Shown here piece after piece: positions 24,554 to 32,980 of a DNA stretch of 64,000 nt. The position numbers were made by a program, and so were the translations under genes. Under the pieces are notes generated by a model that worked only from the letters and a program-made list of their open reading frames with translations, did not search any database and was not told where the DNA came from. Source of the DNA: Sphingomonadales bacterium (lineage in GTDB: Bacteria > Pseudomonadota > Alphaproteobacteria > Sphingomonadales > Sphingomonadaceae); contig JAIXUQ010000108.1 in assembly GCA_027483465.1 (NCBI GenBank), positions 49,178 to 113,177 of the forward strand, written 5' to 3'. Positions within the stretch are counted from its first letter, which is position 1, and each line of letters opens with the position of its first letter.

Positions 24554-26602
24554 CTAAAATTCCACCGTCTTCCAGCGTTCGGCGGCAAACAGCGGTGCCT
24601 GATCGGCATAGTGCGGCGACAGCGTGCGGATGGTGGCGGCGCCAAACTGGTGGATGGATTGCGAACGCACCGGCCGGCCAGCCGGCCATTCCACCAGCAT
24701 GATATAGCCATCGCCATTGTTGCCCACCCGGCGGCCATCGGGGGCGCGATCGGCATAGATCGCCCGCAGCGCATCGGGCCCGCCCAGCACCGGCAGGTCC
24801 ATCCGGCCCCGGCGCAGGCGCTGGAATTCGCCCAGCGGCACATCCAGCCGGCCAAAGCTGCCCTGCAGCCAGTCCACCGCCTCCCGCAGCTTGGGCGCCG
24901 CCGGCGGCAGCGCATCGCCGCGATAGACTTCGCGCCCCACCCCGGCCAGCAGCGCCACCGCCAGGCTGTCGGCCGGGCCGATGCCATCGGCTGTCCAGTC
25001 CCAGCGGCGCAGCAGCGCCTGGGCGGCGGCCAAATCGGGGCTGGCGCGCGTGTCCACCGCCAGCACGGCGGCGATCCACCGCCCGGCCGCGGCGGCCTTG
25101 CTGTAGCCCTTGTCAAACTTGATGCGCAGCAGCGCGTCGCGGCTGACCGGCCCGTTCACCCCGGCAAACAATTCGGCAAAGCGGTGCATGCGGTTGGTGG
25201 TGAATGTTTCCACCCCCAGTTCGGGCGCGAAGGCGCCGGCTTGCAGATTTTCGGCCGGTGCGGTGGCCACCATGGGCGTGTTGTTGGCATTGGCCACCCA
25301 GCCGGCCTTTGGATCAACCACCATCGGAATGGCCGAAAACGGCCGGTAGCGGGTCCACAGCGTGGCCGACGTGTCACCGGGCAGCACGCCCTTCCAATCG
25401 AAACCGGGCCGGCGATCGGGGAATTTCGCGTTGTAGAACAGGCCGATATGGCCCTGTGCATCGGCATAGACGAAATTGGTGCCCGGCACCATCTGGGTGG
25501 CCATGATGCGCCGCCACTCATCGAAATCGCGCGCCTTGTTGAGCCGGTAATATTGCTCCACCTGCCCCACCTCGCCGATCCCGGCATGGCGGATAGCAAA
25601 GCCGCCGCGATCGTTCAGGATCACCGCGCCGTGGCGGCTGCGATAGACCATGCGCGGCACCGGCAGCACCAGCGGCCCGAACTTCACCCGCAGCCAGACG
25701 CGCTTCGCCTCCAGCGGCAGCCAGCGGCAATCCAGCCGATAGGCGGTGCGATCTTCATTCAGCACCAGGCGATAGACATCGATCAGATCGGGGCGGTTGA
25801 CCGTGTTGGCCCAGCCCAGATGCTTGTTGTGGCCCAGCAGCGGAAACGGCGCACCGGGGAAATTGGCGCCGGCAAAATCCCAGCCTTCATCCGAATGCAC
25901 CACCAGTTCCCACCAGGTCACACCGCCTTCCCACGGTTGGTGGCTGTTGATGATCAGCCGTGTGGTGGCATCGTCGGACCGGGCGGCGGCCACGGCAAAG
26001 GCATTGCTGCCGCGTTCATCGGCCGGGCCGGCATCGCGCGGCGGCAGCTTGCCCTCCACCAGCGGGCCGAGCACCCGGTCCATCCCGAAAAAGAAGGGGG
26101 AGCGCAGCACGAAGCCGGCCACCACATCGCGGCCGGTGACGGGGAACAGGCCCTGCAGGCGCAGCTCGTGGCTGTGGCGGGCGGCATAATCATTCAGGCC
26201 CTGGGCATAGGCCTCCACCAGCGCGCGGGTGGCGGGCGACAGGCTGGCATAGCCGGCGGCGGCGACGCCCTGCGCATCGAGCAGATGGCCGGCGAAATCC
26301 AGCCTGGCCCCCTCCTCCCCCAGGATCGCCCCGGCGCGGCCGCGCACCGCGGCCAGCACCTCCTCGAGATTGCGGAAATCATCCTCGGCATGGGCCAGCG
26401 CGATGCCATAGGCGACATCGGCATCGGTCTTGCCCTGGATGTGCGGCACGCCCCATTGATCGCGCACGAACGTCACCTGGCGCGGGCGGGCCGGATCGGC
26501 GGCGGGCGGGCTGGCGATCAGCGCATCCCAGCTGGCCAGGCCCACCACCACGGCGCCCAGCGCAATCGCCGCCCAAAAGGCCCAGGTGAACCAGCGCGGC
26601 AT
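24554..26602 (-). CDS. Penicillin/AHL acylase-family Ntn hydrolase
   Basis: 682 aa from ATG 26602 (TM/signal MPRWFTWAFWAAIALGAVVVGLA). VTFVRDQWGVPHI is present. The self-processing nucleophile context is ERGSNAFAV, and ...LLGHNKHLGWANTVN follows. Confidence 0.85.
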   Translation of the reverse strand: MPRWFTWAFWAAIALGAVVVGLASWDALIASPPAADPARPRQVTFVRDQWGVPHIQGKTDADVAYGIALAHAEDDFRNLEEVLAAVRGRAGAILGEEGARLDFAGHLLDAQGVAAAGYASLSPATRALVEAYAQGLNDYAARHSHELRLQGLFPVTGRDVVAGFVLRSPFFFGMDRVLGPLVEGKLPPRDAGPADERGSNAFAVAAARSDDATTRLIINSHQPWEGGVTWWELVVHSDEGWDFAGANFPGAPFPLLGHNKHLGWANTVNRPDLIDVYRLVLNEDRTAYRLDCRWLPLEAKRVWLRVKFGPLVLPVPRMVYRSRHGAVILNDRGGFAIRHAGIGEVGQVEQYYRLNKARDFDEWRRIMATQMVPGTNFVYADAQGHIGLFYNAKFPDRRPGFDWKGVLPGDTSATLWTRYRPFSAIPMVVDPKAGWVANANNTPMVATAPAENLQAGAFAPELGVETFTTNRMHRFAELFAGVNGPVSRDALLRIKFDKGYSKAAAAGRWIAAVLAVDTRASPDLAAAQALLRRWDWTADGIGPADSLAVALLAGVGREVYRGDALPPAAPKLREAVDWLQGSFGRLDVPLGEFQRLRRGRMDLPVLGGPDALRAIYADRAPDGRRVGNNGDGYIMLVEWPAGRPVRSQSIHQFGAATIRTLSPHYADQAPLFAAERWKTVEF

Positions 26603-26696
26603 CAGCGGACGTGCCCGGTGGCTGGAAACTGCATCGCCTGTTCTCCCCCTGATGCCAGCAGGATAGGGCGCAACCGGCAGCGGGGCAACCGGGCGA

Positions 26697-27785
26697 TCAG
26701 GCCACCTGCGGCAGATCCAGCGGGGAGGGCAGCGGCGGCACCCGGCTGCCATCGCCGTTCACCAGCGCGGCCAGGAACTGGTCCACACAGGCATCCCAGC
26801 CATAGCGGCGGCCATGGGCGATGCAATCGGCGCGGCGGGCGGTGAGCGCCCTCGTCATCGCCTCGCCCAGATCATGCGCCACCGCACCGATGCGCCCGGC
26901 GGCGCGGCCATCGGGGCCATAGCCATCGGCACCCACCACATCGAGCGGCCCCGGCACCGGATAGCCGGCCACCGGCGTGCCGCAGGCCAGCGCCTCGATC
27001 ATCACCAGCCCGAACGTGTCGGTGCGGCTGGGAAAGGCCAGCACATCGGCGGCGGCATAGGCGCTGGCCAGCGCCGGGCCGTGCAGGGCGCCGGTGAAAT
27101 GCGCTTGCGGGTAGCGTTTCTGCAGGCTGTCCAGCGCCGGGCCGTCGCCCACCACCAATTTGTCCCCCGGCCAGGGCGCGGCCAGAAACGCCTCGATATT
27201 CTTTTCCACCGCCACCCGGCCGACATGCAGCGCCAGCGGCCGTTTCAGCCCGGCGGCGGCCGGGTGTGGCGGCAGATCGGGGCGGAACTGCGCCACGTCC
27301 ACCCCGCGCGACCAGGGCCGGGTCTGGGTGATGCCATGGCCGGCCAGTTCGGCGGCCAGCCGCGGCGTGGCCACCATCACGGCATGGGCCGGGCCGTGGA
27401 AGCGGCGCAGCACCCGCCACACCCGCTCAGGGTGGAGGCCGATGCGGGCCTGCACATAATCGGGAAAGCGGGTGTGGAAACTGGTGGTGAAGGCAAAGCC
27501 CTGGCGCAGCGCCCAGCCGCGCGCCAGCCAGCCCAGCGGGCCTTCGGTGGCGATGTGCAGCGCATCCGGGCCAAAGCCGCCGATCATCCGCGCGATCCGC
27601 CGCCGCGTCGTCATCGCCAGCCGGATTTCGGGATAGGATGGCATCGGCACCGACCAGAATTGATCGGGCGAGATGATCTGCACCCGCACGCCCCGTTCGG
27701 CCAGCAGCCGCACCGTGGTTGACAGCGTGCGCACCACGCCGTTCACCTGCGGTTCCCAGGCATCGGTCACCAATGTCAGCTTCAT
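26697..27785 (-). CDS. Glycosyltransferase, GT4 (GT-B fold)
   Basis: 362 aa. MKLTLVTDAWEPQVNGVVRT is the typical GT4 N-terminus. The C-terminal region ...FPSRTDTFGLVMIEALACGTPV is the E-x7-E-like donor-binding region. Confidence 0.8.
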   Translation of the reverse strand: MKLTLVTDAWEPQVNGVVRTLSTTVRLLAERGVRVQIISPDQFWSVPMPSYPEIRLAMTTRRRIARMIGGFGPDALHIATEGPLGWLARGWALRQGFAFTTSFHTRFPDYVQARIGLHPERVWRVLRRFHGPAHAVMVATPRLAAELAGHGITQTRPWSRGVDVAQFRPDLPPHPAAAGLKRPLALHVGRVAVEKNIEAFLAAPWPGDKLVVGDGPALDSLQKRYPQAHFTGALHGPALASAYAAADVLAFPSRTDTFGLVMIEALACGTPVAGYPVPGPLDVVGADGYGPDGRAAGRIGAVAHDLGEAMTRALTARRADCIAHGRRYGWDACVDQFLAALVNGDGSRVPPLPSPLDLPQVA

Positions 27786-27796
27786 CGGGCGTCTCC

Positions 27797-28735
27797 TCAG
27801 GAGGCCATGGCAACGCGGGGCGCCTGAACGCCGGCCGAACGGCGCGCCCGGTCGCGGCTCACTTGCGCCCAGTCGATGATCTCGATGCGGCCATCGGCAT
27901 GTTCGGCCAGCGCCGTGCAGCTTTCCACCCAGTCACCATCGTTCAGATAGGTGATGCCGGCAAAATCGCGGATTTCGGCCGAATGGATATGGCCGCACAC
28001 CACGCCGTCCAGCCCGCGCAGCCGCGCCGCATCGGCCACCGCCTGTTCAAAGCGGCCGATGAAGGCCACCGCATTCTTCACCCGCTTCTTGATATGAGCC
28101 GAGATCGACCAATAGGGCAGGCCAAAGCGCCGCCGCGCCCGGTTGAACTGCACATTCAGCTTGAGCAGCAGTTCATAGCCCACGTCTCCGGCCCAGGCGA
28201 GCCAGCGGTGATAGAGCACCACCGCATCAAATTCATCGCCATGGCACACCAGCAGGCGGCGGCCATCGGCGGTGGTGTGGATCGCCTCCAGCGCGATTTC
28301 CACGCCGCCCACATTCAGCCCGGCATAGGGCCGGAACGCCTCGTCATGGTTGCCGGGGATATAGACCACCCTTGTGCCGCGCGCCGCCAGCTTGAGGATG
28401 CGGCGCACGATGTCGTTGTGGCGCTGCGGCCAGTACCAGCCGCGCTTCAGCTTCCAACCGTCAACAATGTCGCCCACCAGATAGAGGGTTTCGGGCTGGA
28501 TCGCCTTCAGGAAATCCAGCAGCAGATCGGCGTTGCAGCCCGGCGTGCCGAGATGGACATCGGAAATCCACACCGTCCGGTGCCGCAGCTTGCCGGCCGG
28601 CGGCGGCTCGTCCTCCGGCTCGTGCAGGAAGGCCGGGCCAGCGGCCACCGGCTTCAGCATGCCGGGCAGCAGCGGTTCCCAGGGATTGGGCAGTTCGGCA
28701 AGCGGCATCGTCGCCATGGCAAGGCCCCCGTTCAA
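27797..28735 (-). CDS. LpxH-like metallophosphoesterase (UDP-2,3-diacylglucosamine diphosphatase family)
   Basis: TVWISDVHLGTPGCNADLLLDFL...LYLVGDIVDGW...IPGNHDE...VCHGDEFD are calcineurin-like phosphoesterase motifs arranged as in LpxH-type enzymes. Confidence 0.7.
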   Translation of the reverse strand: MNGGLAMATMPLAELPNPWEPLLPGMLKPVAAGPAFLHEPEDEPPPAGKLRHRTVWISDVHLGTPGCNADLLLDFLKAIQPETLYLVGDIVDGWKLKRGWYWPQRHNDIVRRILKLAARGTRVVYIPGNHDEAFRPYAGLNVGGVEIALEAIHTTADGRRLLVCHGDEFDAVVLYHRWLAWAGDVGYELLLKLNVQFNRARRRFGLPYWSISAHIKKRVKNAVAFIGRFEQAVADAARLRGLDGVVCGHIHSAEIRDFAGITYLNDGDWVESCTALAEHADGRIEIIDWAQVSRDRARRSAGVQAPRVAMAS

Positions 28736-28878
28736 CGTCCTTGCCCGGACGCCCTAACGAAGGCCGATGACCCTGATGTGTCAGGCCCATTGCAATCGCG
28801 TTGCAGTGCGGCAGACCGCACAGAAAAAGGGCAGCCCGTGGCGGGGCCGCCCCTTCTGTTGCCAATTCAGGCGCGCGA

Positions 28879-31800
28879 TCAGAATTTGACGCGGGCGCCG
28901 AAACGCAGGGCCCACAGCGAGCCGTTGAGGTTCACGCCGCGGGTGGGCTCCGTGAAGGTGGTACCCGCACGGTTCTGGAACTGATACTGCGCGCAGGGCT
29001 GGCTGGGCAGCGTCGCCGCCGTGCCACCCGCCGTCTGCAGGCAGACCACGTTCACAGTGGTGCCATAATAGGGGAAGGCCACCTGGCGGATGGTGCCCCA
29101 GTCGCGGTTGATCAGGTTGAGCACATTCTCGATTTCGGCCGACAGCTCGACCTTGCCGCCAAACACGAACGGCACTTCCTGGCGGAAGGAGAAATCGAGG
29201 CGGTTGTAGCGCGGCGAGCGGCCGATGTTCTTCGGCGCCACATTGCCCTGGAAGCGGTTCAGCTCCGAATTCTGCACAAAGCGCTGGAAGCCGGCAAAAT
29301 CGAAGTTGGCCGCGTAGGACACGCGCGGATCGGCCGTGATCGAGCTCACGTTCGGCACATAGAGCAGGTAGCGGTTGTTGGTGCCGGTGGTGCCGAACAC
29401 CGCCGAACGCAGGTTGCCCGAGGCCTGATCAGCCATGGTGTAGCTGAAGCGCTGGCCCGACTGCGAGTTGAAGAAGAATTCAACGCGGGTGTTGTTGTCA
29501 CCGAACAGGTTGAAATCATAGCTGGCCACCAGGCGATAGGCATTGTCGCGCTGATAGTTGGAGATGCCATAGGCGGCATCGTTGGAGTCGAAGCCGGCGG
29601 CGGCGTTGGTGTAGTTGGAGAAGGCCACCGACGAGGTGCCGGCATTGGCATCACGCGCCCGCTGGAAGGTGTAGCTGCCGCCCAGGCGGAAGCCGTTGGT
29701 CCAGCGCTTGTCAAAGCGGGTGACGATGTTCCAGCTGTAGCCCTTGTCAACGTTGGTCAGCAGGATGTCGGTGTTGGTGGTGGTGCCCTGTCCGGCCAGC
29801 ACATTGTAGCGGGTGCGGCCATCCGGCAGGATGCCATTCGGCACCGAGCGCAGATCGGTCCAGGTCAGGCCGTTCTTCACGCGGCTCCACACCACGTCCA
29901 GGCCCAGGCGCCATTCGTCGCCCAGGAAGCCCAGGTTGGCGTTGTAATCCACCGAGCCCGACACGCGCCACTGCGACGGCACTTCGAAATCCGGGGCCAG
30001 CGCGTTGGTGGGCGAAGCGGCGGTGCCGGTGGTGCGGATCACGTTGACCAGGCTGGACGGGATGCCGGCGCCGCCGGAGACATTGTTCAGCGTGGCGGCA
30101 CCGATCGTGTTCTGATCGGCAGCAGAGATGCCGGTCAGGCCCGAGATGGTGAAGGTGTCGGGCGCGCCGCCGGTGCCGGGCACGCGCCGCACCTGCACCC
30201 GGCCGAGCGTGGGGCCGGGGTTGGAATAGCTGTTGGAAATCCACACGTTGGGGCTGCCGCCGCCAAACAGGCCGGCCGAAGCCCGGATCTGCAGGCGGTC
30301 AGCCGGCTTCCAGTTGAAGCCCAGGCGCGGCTGGAACAGGCCACGGCCATTCAGCGTGCCGCTGTTGGGGAAACCGAACCGGTCCTGGAAGGCCTGGTTG
30401 AAGAAGGGCGTGTCCGGCGTGTCGAACAGGTCATAGCGGAAGCCGGCGATCAGGGTGGCGTTGCCGCCCAGATCGATCGTGTCCTGCAGGCCGAAGGTCC
30501 AGCTGTTGTTCTGGAAGATCGCGGCCACCGTGTCGATGCCGCCGCGCAGCGGCACGGCCAGATCGAGTTCGTTGGCGCGGCGGCCCTGGAGATCGGCCAC
30601 CGAGTCAAAATACCAGGCGCCCGAAACGCGCTGGGCGAACAGGTTGTAGATGTCCTGCGACCGGCGTTCCACGATGGCCTTCACGCTGTGGCTGCCCATC
30701 TTCAGCGTGGCGTTGAATTCGAAGTTCAGCGACTGCGAGCGCAGTTCGTTGGCCTGGCGGCTGATGTCCGGGCCAAAGGTGAGCTGGCGGAAGGCCGGGT
30801 TGGTGCCGACCGCGCCGCCGCAGGTGAGCGCCGCGCCCGACGAGGTCGGTTCAAGGCAGGTGCGGAATTCACCGAAGCCACGGTCGCTGAACGGCACCTG
30901 CAGCCGCTCGTAATCGGCGTAGGAAACGCGGACCTGGGTGGAGAAATTGTCGCTCCACTGGTCGTTCAGTTCAAAGATGCCGAAATGGTTGATGGCGCCC
31001 TGGTTGTAGTTGTTGGACAGCAGGGCGAAGTTCGGGTTGGTGGCATTCAGCTGCGCCACGCCGGTCTGACCGGCCAGCACCGTGCCCTCGTTGTACATGT
31101 AGGTGAACGAGGCGCGGTGACCATCGGCGATGTTCAGGTCGAACTTCGCGATCAGCTTGTCGTCCTTCTCGACGATGTTCGAAGGCACGCCGCCGGTGTT
31201 GAAGTTGTAGACGTTCTGGGCGATCTGGCCGATCTGGCTGATCTGGGCATCGGTGATGCCCAGCTGGCTCGGCGCGATGGCGGCCGGCACGGTGTCACGC
31301 GTGCGCTCATAGGTGACGGCGAAGAACAGCCGGTCCTTGATGATCGGGCCGGTCACCTGCGCGGTGTAGACCTGCGATTCAAAAGCGCCGATGCGCAGCA
31401 CGCCGCGGGCGTTGTCGCCGCGCAGCTTGTCGGAGTTGTAATAGGCGCCGCCCAGCGCGGTGAAGCGGTTGGAGCCCGACTTCAGCTGGGTGTTGATGGC
31501 GCCGCCCTGGAAGAAGCCCTGGCGGATATCGACCGGGGCGACTTCCACGGAGAATTCGCCGATGGCATCCAGCGGCACCGGGCCGCGGGTGGAAACCAGG
31601 CCGCCGGCTTCGAGGCCGAACGGGTCGCCAAAGGCCACGCCGTCAACGGTGAAGCGGTTGAAGCGGTTGTTCTGGCCGGCGATCGAGATCGCGCCACCGT
31701 TGGTGGGATCGATGTTCACCATCGGATCGCGCGCCGCCAGATTGCGGATGTCGCGGTTGACGTTGGCCACACCCAGAATGTCGCGGGCGGTGAGCACGGT

Positions 31801-32220
31801 GGCGGCGCCGGTGGCGATGGTGATGGCGCTGCGGCTGCGGGCAGCGGTGACGGTGATCGCCTTGCCGGCCGAAGCCAGCATCACCTCGATGCGCTGCGGC
31901 GAACCGGCGGTCAGGCCGTCCAGCGTGTCGGTGGCGGCATCAAAGCCGGGGGCTTCGACGGTGACGCTGTAGGGGCCGCCCAGGCGCAGGCCGGTGGCGT
32001 TGAATTCGCCGTTGGCGCCCGAGGTTTGCACCACGCGGGTGCCCGACGGGGTGTGGATGATCGTGACCGTGGCGCCAGCAATCGCCTGGCTCTTTTCGTT
32101 GACGATGGCACCGCGGATCGAGGCGGTGGTTTCCTGGGCGTGCACGGCAACAGGCGCAAACAGGGCCGGAACGGCAAGCGCGGCCAGCGCGACGCCAAGA
32201 CGAAGATGACGCATGATCAA
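28879..32220 (-). CDS. TonB-dependent receptor with N-terminal carboxypeptidase-regulatory-like domain
   Basis: 1113 aa. The signal peptide is ...ALAVPALFAPVAVHAQ. IRGAIVNEKSQAIAGATVTIIHTPSGTRVVQTSGANGEFNATGLRLGGPYSVTV is CarbopepD_reg-like. A plug and long barrel follow, ending ...LWALRFGARVKF with the terminal aromatic residue. Confidence 0.9.
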   Translation of the reverse strand: MIMRHLRLGVALAALAVPALFAPVAVHAQETTASIRGAIVNEKSQAIAGATVTIIHTPSGTRVVQTSGANGEFNATGLRLGGPYSVTVEAPGFDAATDTLDGLTAGSPQRIEVMLASAGKAITVTAARSRSAITIATGAATVLTARDILGVANVNRDIRNLAARDPMVNIDPTNGGAISIAGQNNRFNRFTVDGVAFGDPFGLEAGGLVSTRGPVPLDAIGEFSVEVAPVDIRQGFFQGGAINTQLKSGSNRFTALGGAYYNSDKLRGDNARGVLRIGAFESQVYTAQVTGPIIKDRLFFAVTYERTRDTVPAAIAPSQLGITDAQISQIGQIAQNVYNFNTGGVPSNIVEKDDKLIAKFDLNIADGHRASFTYMYNEGTVLAGQTGVAQLNATNPNFALLSNNYNQGAINHFGIFELNDQWSDNFSTQVRVSYADYERLQVPFSDRGFGEFRTCLEPTSSGAALTCGGAVGTNPAFRQLTFGPDISRQANELRSQSLNFEFNATLKMGSHSVKAIVERRSQDIYNLFAQRVSGAWYFDSVADLQGRRANELDLAVPLRGGIDTVAAIFQNNSWTFGLQDTIDLGGNATLIAGFRYDLFDTPDTPFFNQAFQDRFGFPNSGTLNGRGLFQPRLGFNWKPADRLQIRASAGLFGGGSPNVWISNSYSNPGPTLGRVQVRRVPGTGGAPDTFTISGLTGISAADQNTIGAATLNNVSGGAGIPSSLVNVIRTTGTAASPTNALAPDFEVPSQWRVSGSVDYNANLGFLGDEWRLGLDVVWSRVKNGLTWTDLRSVPNGILPDGRTRYNVLAGQGTTTNTDILLTNVDKGYSWNIVTRFDKRWTNGFRLGGSYTFQRARDANAGTSSVAFSNYTNAAAGFDSNDAAYGISNYQRDNAYRLVASYDFNLFGDNNTRVEFFFNSQSGQRFSYTMADQASGNLRSAVFGTTGTNNRYLLYVPNVSSITADPRVSYAANFDFAGFQRFVQNSELNRFQGNVAPKNIGRSPRYNRLDFSFRQEVPFVFGGKVELSAEIENVLNLINRDWGTIRQVAFPYYGTTVNVVCLQTAGGTAATLPSQPCAQYQFQNRAGTTFTEPTRGVNLNGSLWALRFGARVKF

Positions 32221-32444
32221 GACCCCCTGGGGATGGAGCGGACGGGATAAGCGGCCGAACCGCCGGGAATCACGCCCCGCCGGTTCTGTTGGCTTGGCCC
32301 TTGCCGGGGTTTTGTGACGTTTCTGTTACAGCTTCATGGCGGGTTCATGATTGTTGGATTCGCCCGCGTGAGTGTTGCGGTGCGGCAACACCGCAGCCGG
32401 GCGAGCGGATAACGCCCCGCGTTATCCGCCGACTCCGGCAAGGT

Positions 32445-32585
32445 CGGCCGGCGACCAAAGACGGCGGCCCCGACAGGCCGCCGTTTTCGTGTGTCGTCCG
32501 ACGGCGTGGCTCCGCCACGCTCTTGCTTTCTTCCTTTCTTCCTTGGACCCCCGACACGGACTCGGCGGCTTTGCCGCCGGCCGTG
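32445..32585 (-). repeat. Left copy of an inverted pair of ~135-nt structured elements
   Basis: It is the reverse complement of 32686-32818 with substitutions and indels. It contains three hairpins (GACGGCGGCC/GGCCGCCGT, GCGTGGC/GCCACGC, CGGCGGC/GCCGCCG) and a CT-rich tract, tcttgctttcttcctttcttcc. Confidence 0.7.
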
Positions 32586-32685
32586 CCCCGCAAGACCAAA
32601 TGCAAGGACCCCAGTTCCTCCCCCACCGGGGGAGGTGCCCGAAGGGCGGAGGGGGCGGCTCACGCCGAAACACGCGCCCGGCTCA

Positions 32686-32818
32686 CACGGCCGGCGGCAA
32701 AGCCGCCGAGTCCGTTTCAGGGGCCAAGAGAAAGAGAAAAAATGCGCGGCGGAGCCGCGCCGTCGGACGACGCACGAAAATGCCGACCTGAGGGTCGGCA
32801 TTTTTGGTCGCCGGCCGG
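32686..32818 (+). repeat. Right copy of the inverted structured element; ends in a terminator-like hairpin
   Basis: The hairpins are CGGCGGC/GCCGCCG, GCGCGGC/GCCGCGC and AAAATGCCGACC-tgag-GGTCGGCATTTTT. The last is a bidirectional rho-independent terminator shape and could also terminate tRNA-Val read-through on the minus strand. Confidence 0.7.
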
Positions 32819-32864
32819 CCTTGTGCGAGTCTGGCCGCAGCCTGCGGCCAGCCGCACTGCGGCG

Positions 32865-32936
32865 TGGGCGGTGAGGGGTTCGAACCCCCGACCCGCTCCG
32901 TGTAAAGAAGCCGCTCTACCCCTGAGCTAACCGCCC
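32865..32936 (-). tRNA. tRNA-Val (anticodon TAC); CCA not encoded
   Basis: Hand fold of the reverse complement. The acceptor stem is GGGCGGT/ACCGCCC. The D arm is GCTC-AGGGGTA-GAGC. The anticodon stem GCTTC/GGAGC closes the loop TTTACAC. The T arm is GGGGG-TTCGAAC-CCCTC and the discriminator is A. Confidence 0.85.
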
Positions 32937-32980
32937 CACGCGCCGCCCGCCCCTAGCCGCGCGCCAAACTTCGTGCAACC

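Noticed and set aside
24611-26845. 744-aa plus-strand ORF
   Set aside because: It is antisense to the acylase gene. Its composition is Arg/Gly/Pro/His-rich and no domain is recognisable. Shadow ORF.
28801-32250. 1149-aa ORF on the plus strand
   Set aside because: It is exactly antisense to the well-supported TonB-dependent receptor gene. Its translation is a low-complexity G/A/R/V/D run with no motifs, which is the usual GC-driven shadow frame.
32311-32328. TGTGACGTTTCTGTTACA partial dyad upstream of the large TonB-dependent receptor; considered as a regulator site or riboswitch part
   Set aside because: Symmetry holds at only 5 of 9 positions. I could not find a cobalamin-box or other riboswitch core in the leader.
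32289-32930. Several 80-210-aa ORFs on both strands in the 32.2-32.9 kb gap
   Set aside because: They traverse the inverted structured repeats and the tRNA-Val gene. Similar peptide strings on opposite strands (…RTRRLCRRPC…) simply reflect the inverted DNA repeat.
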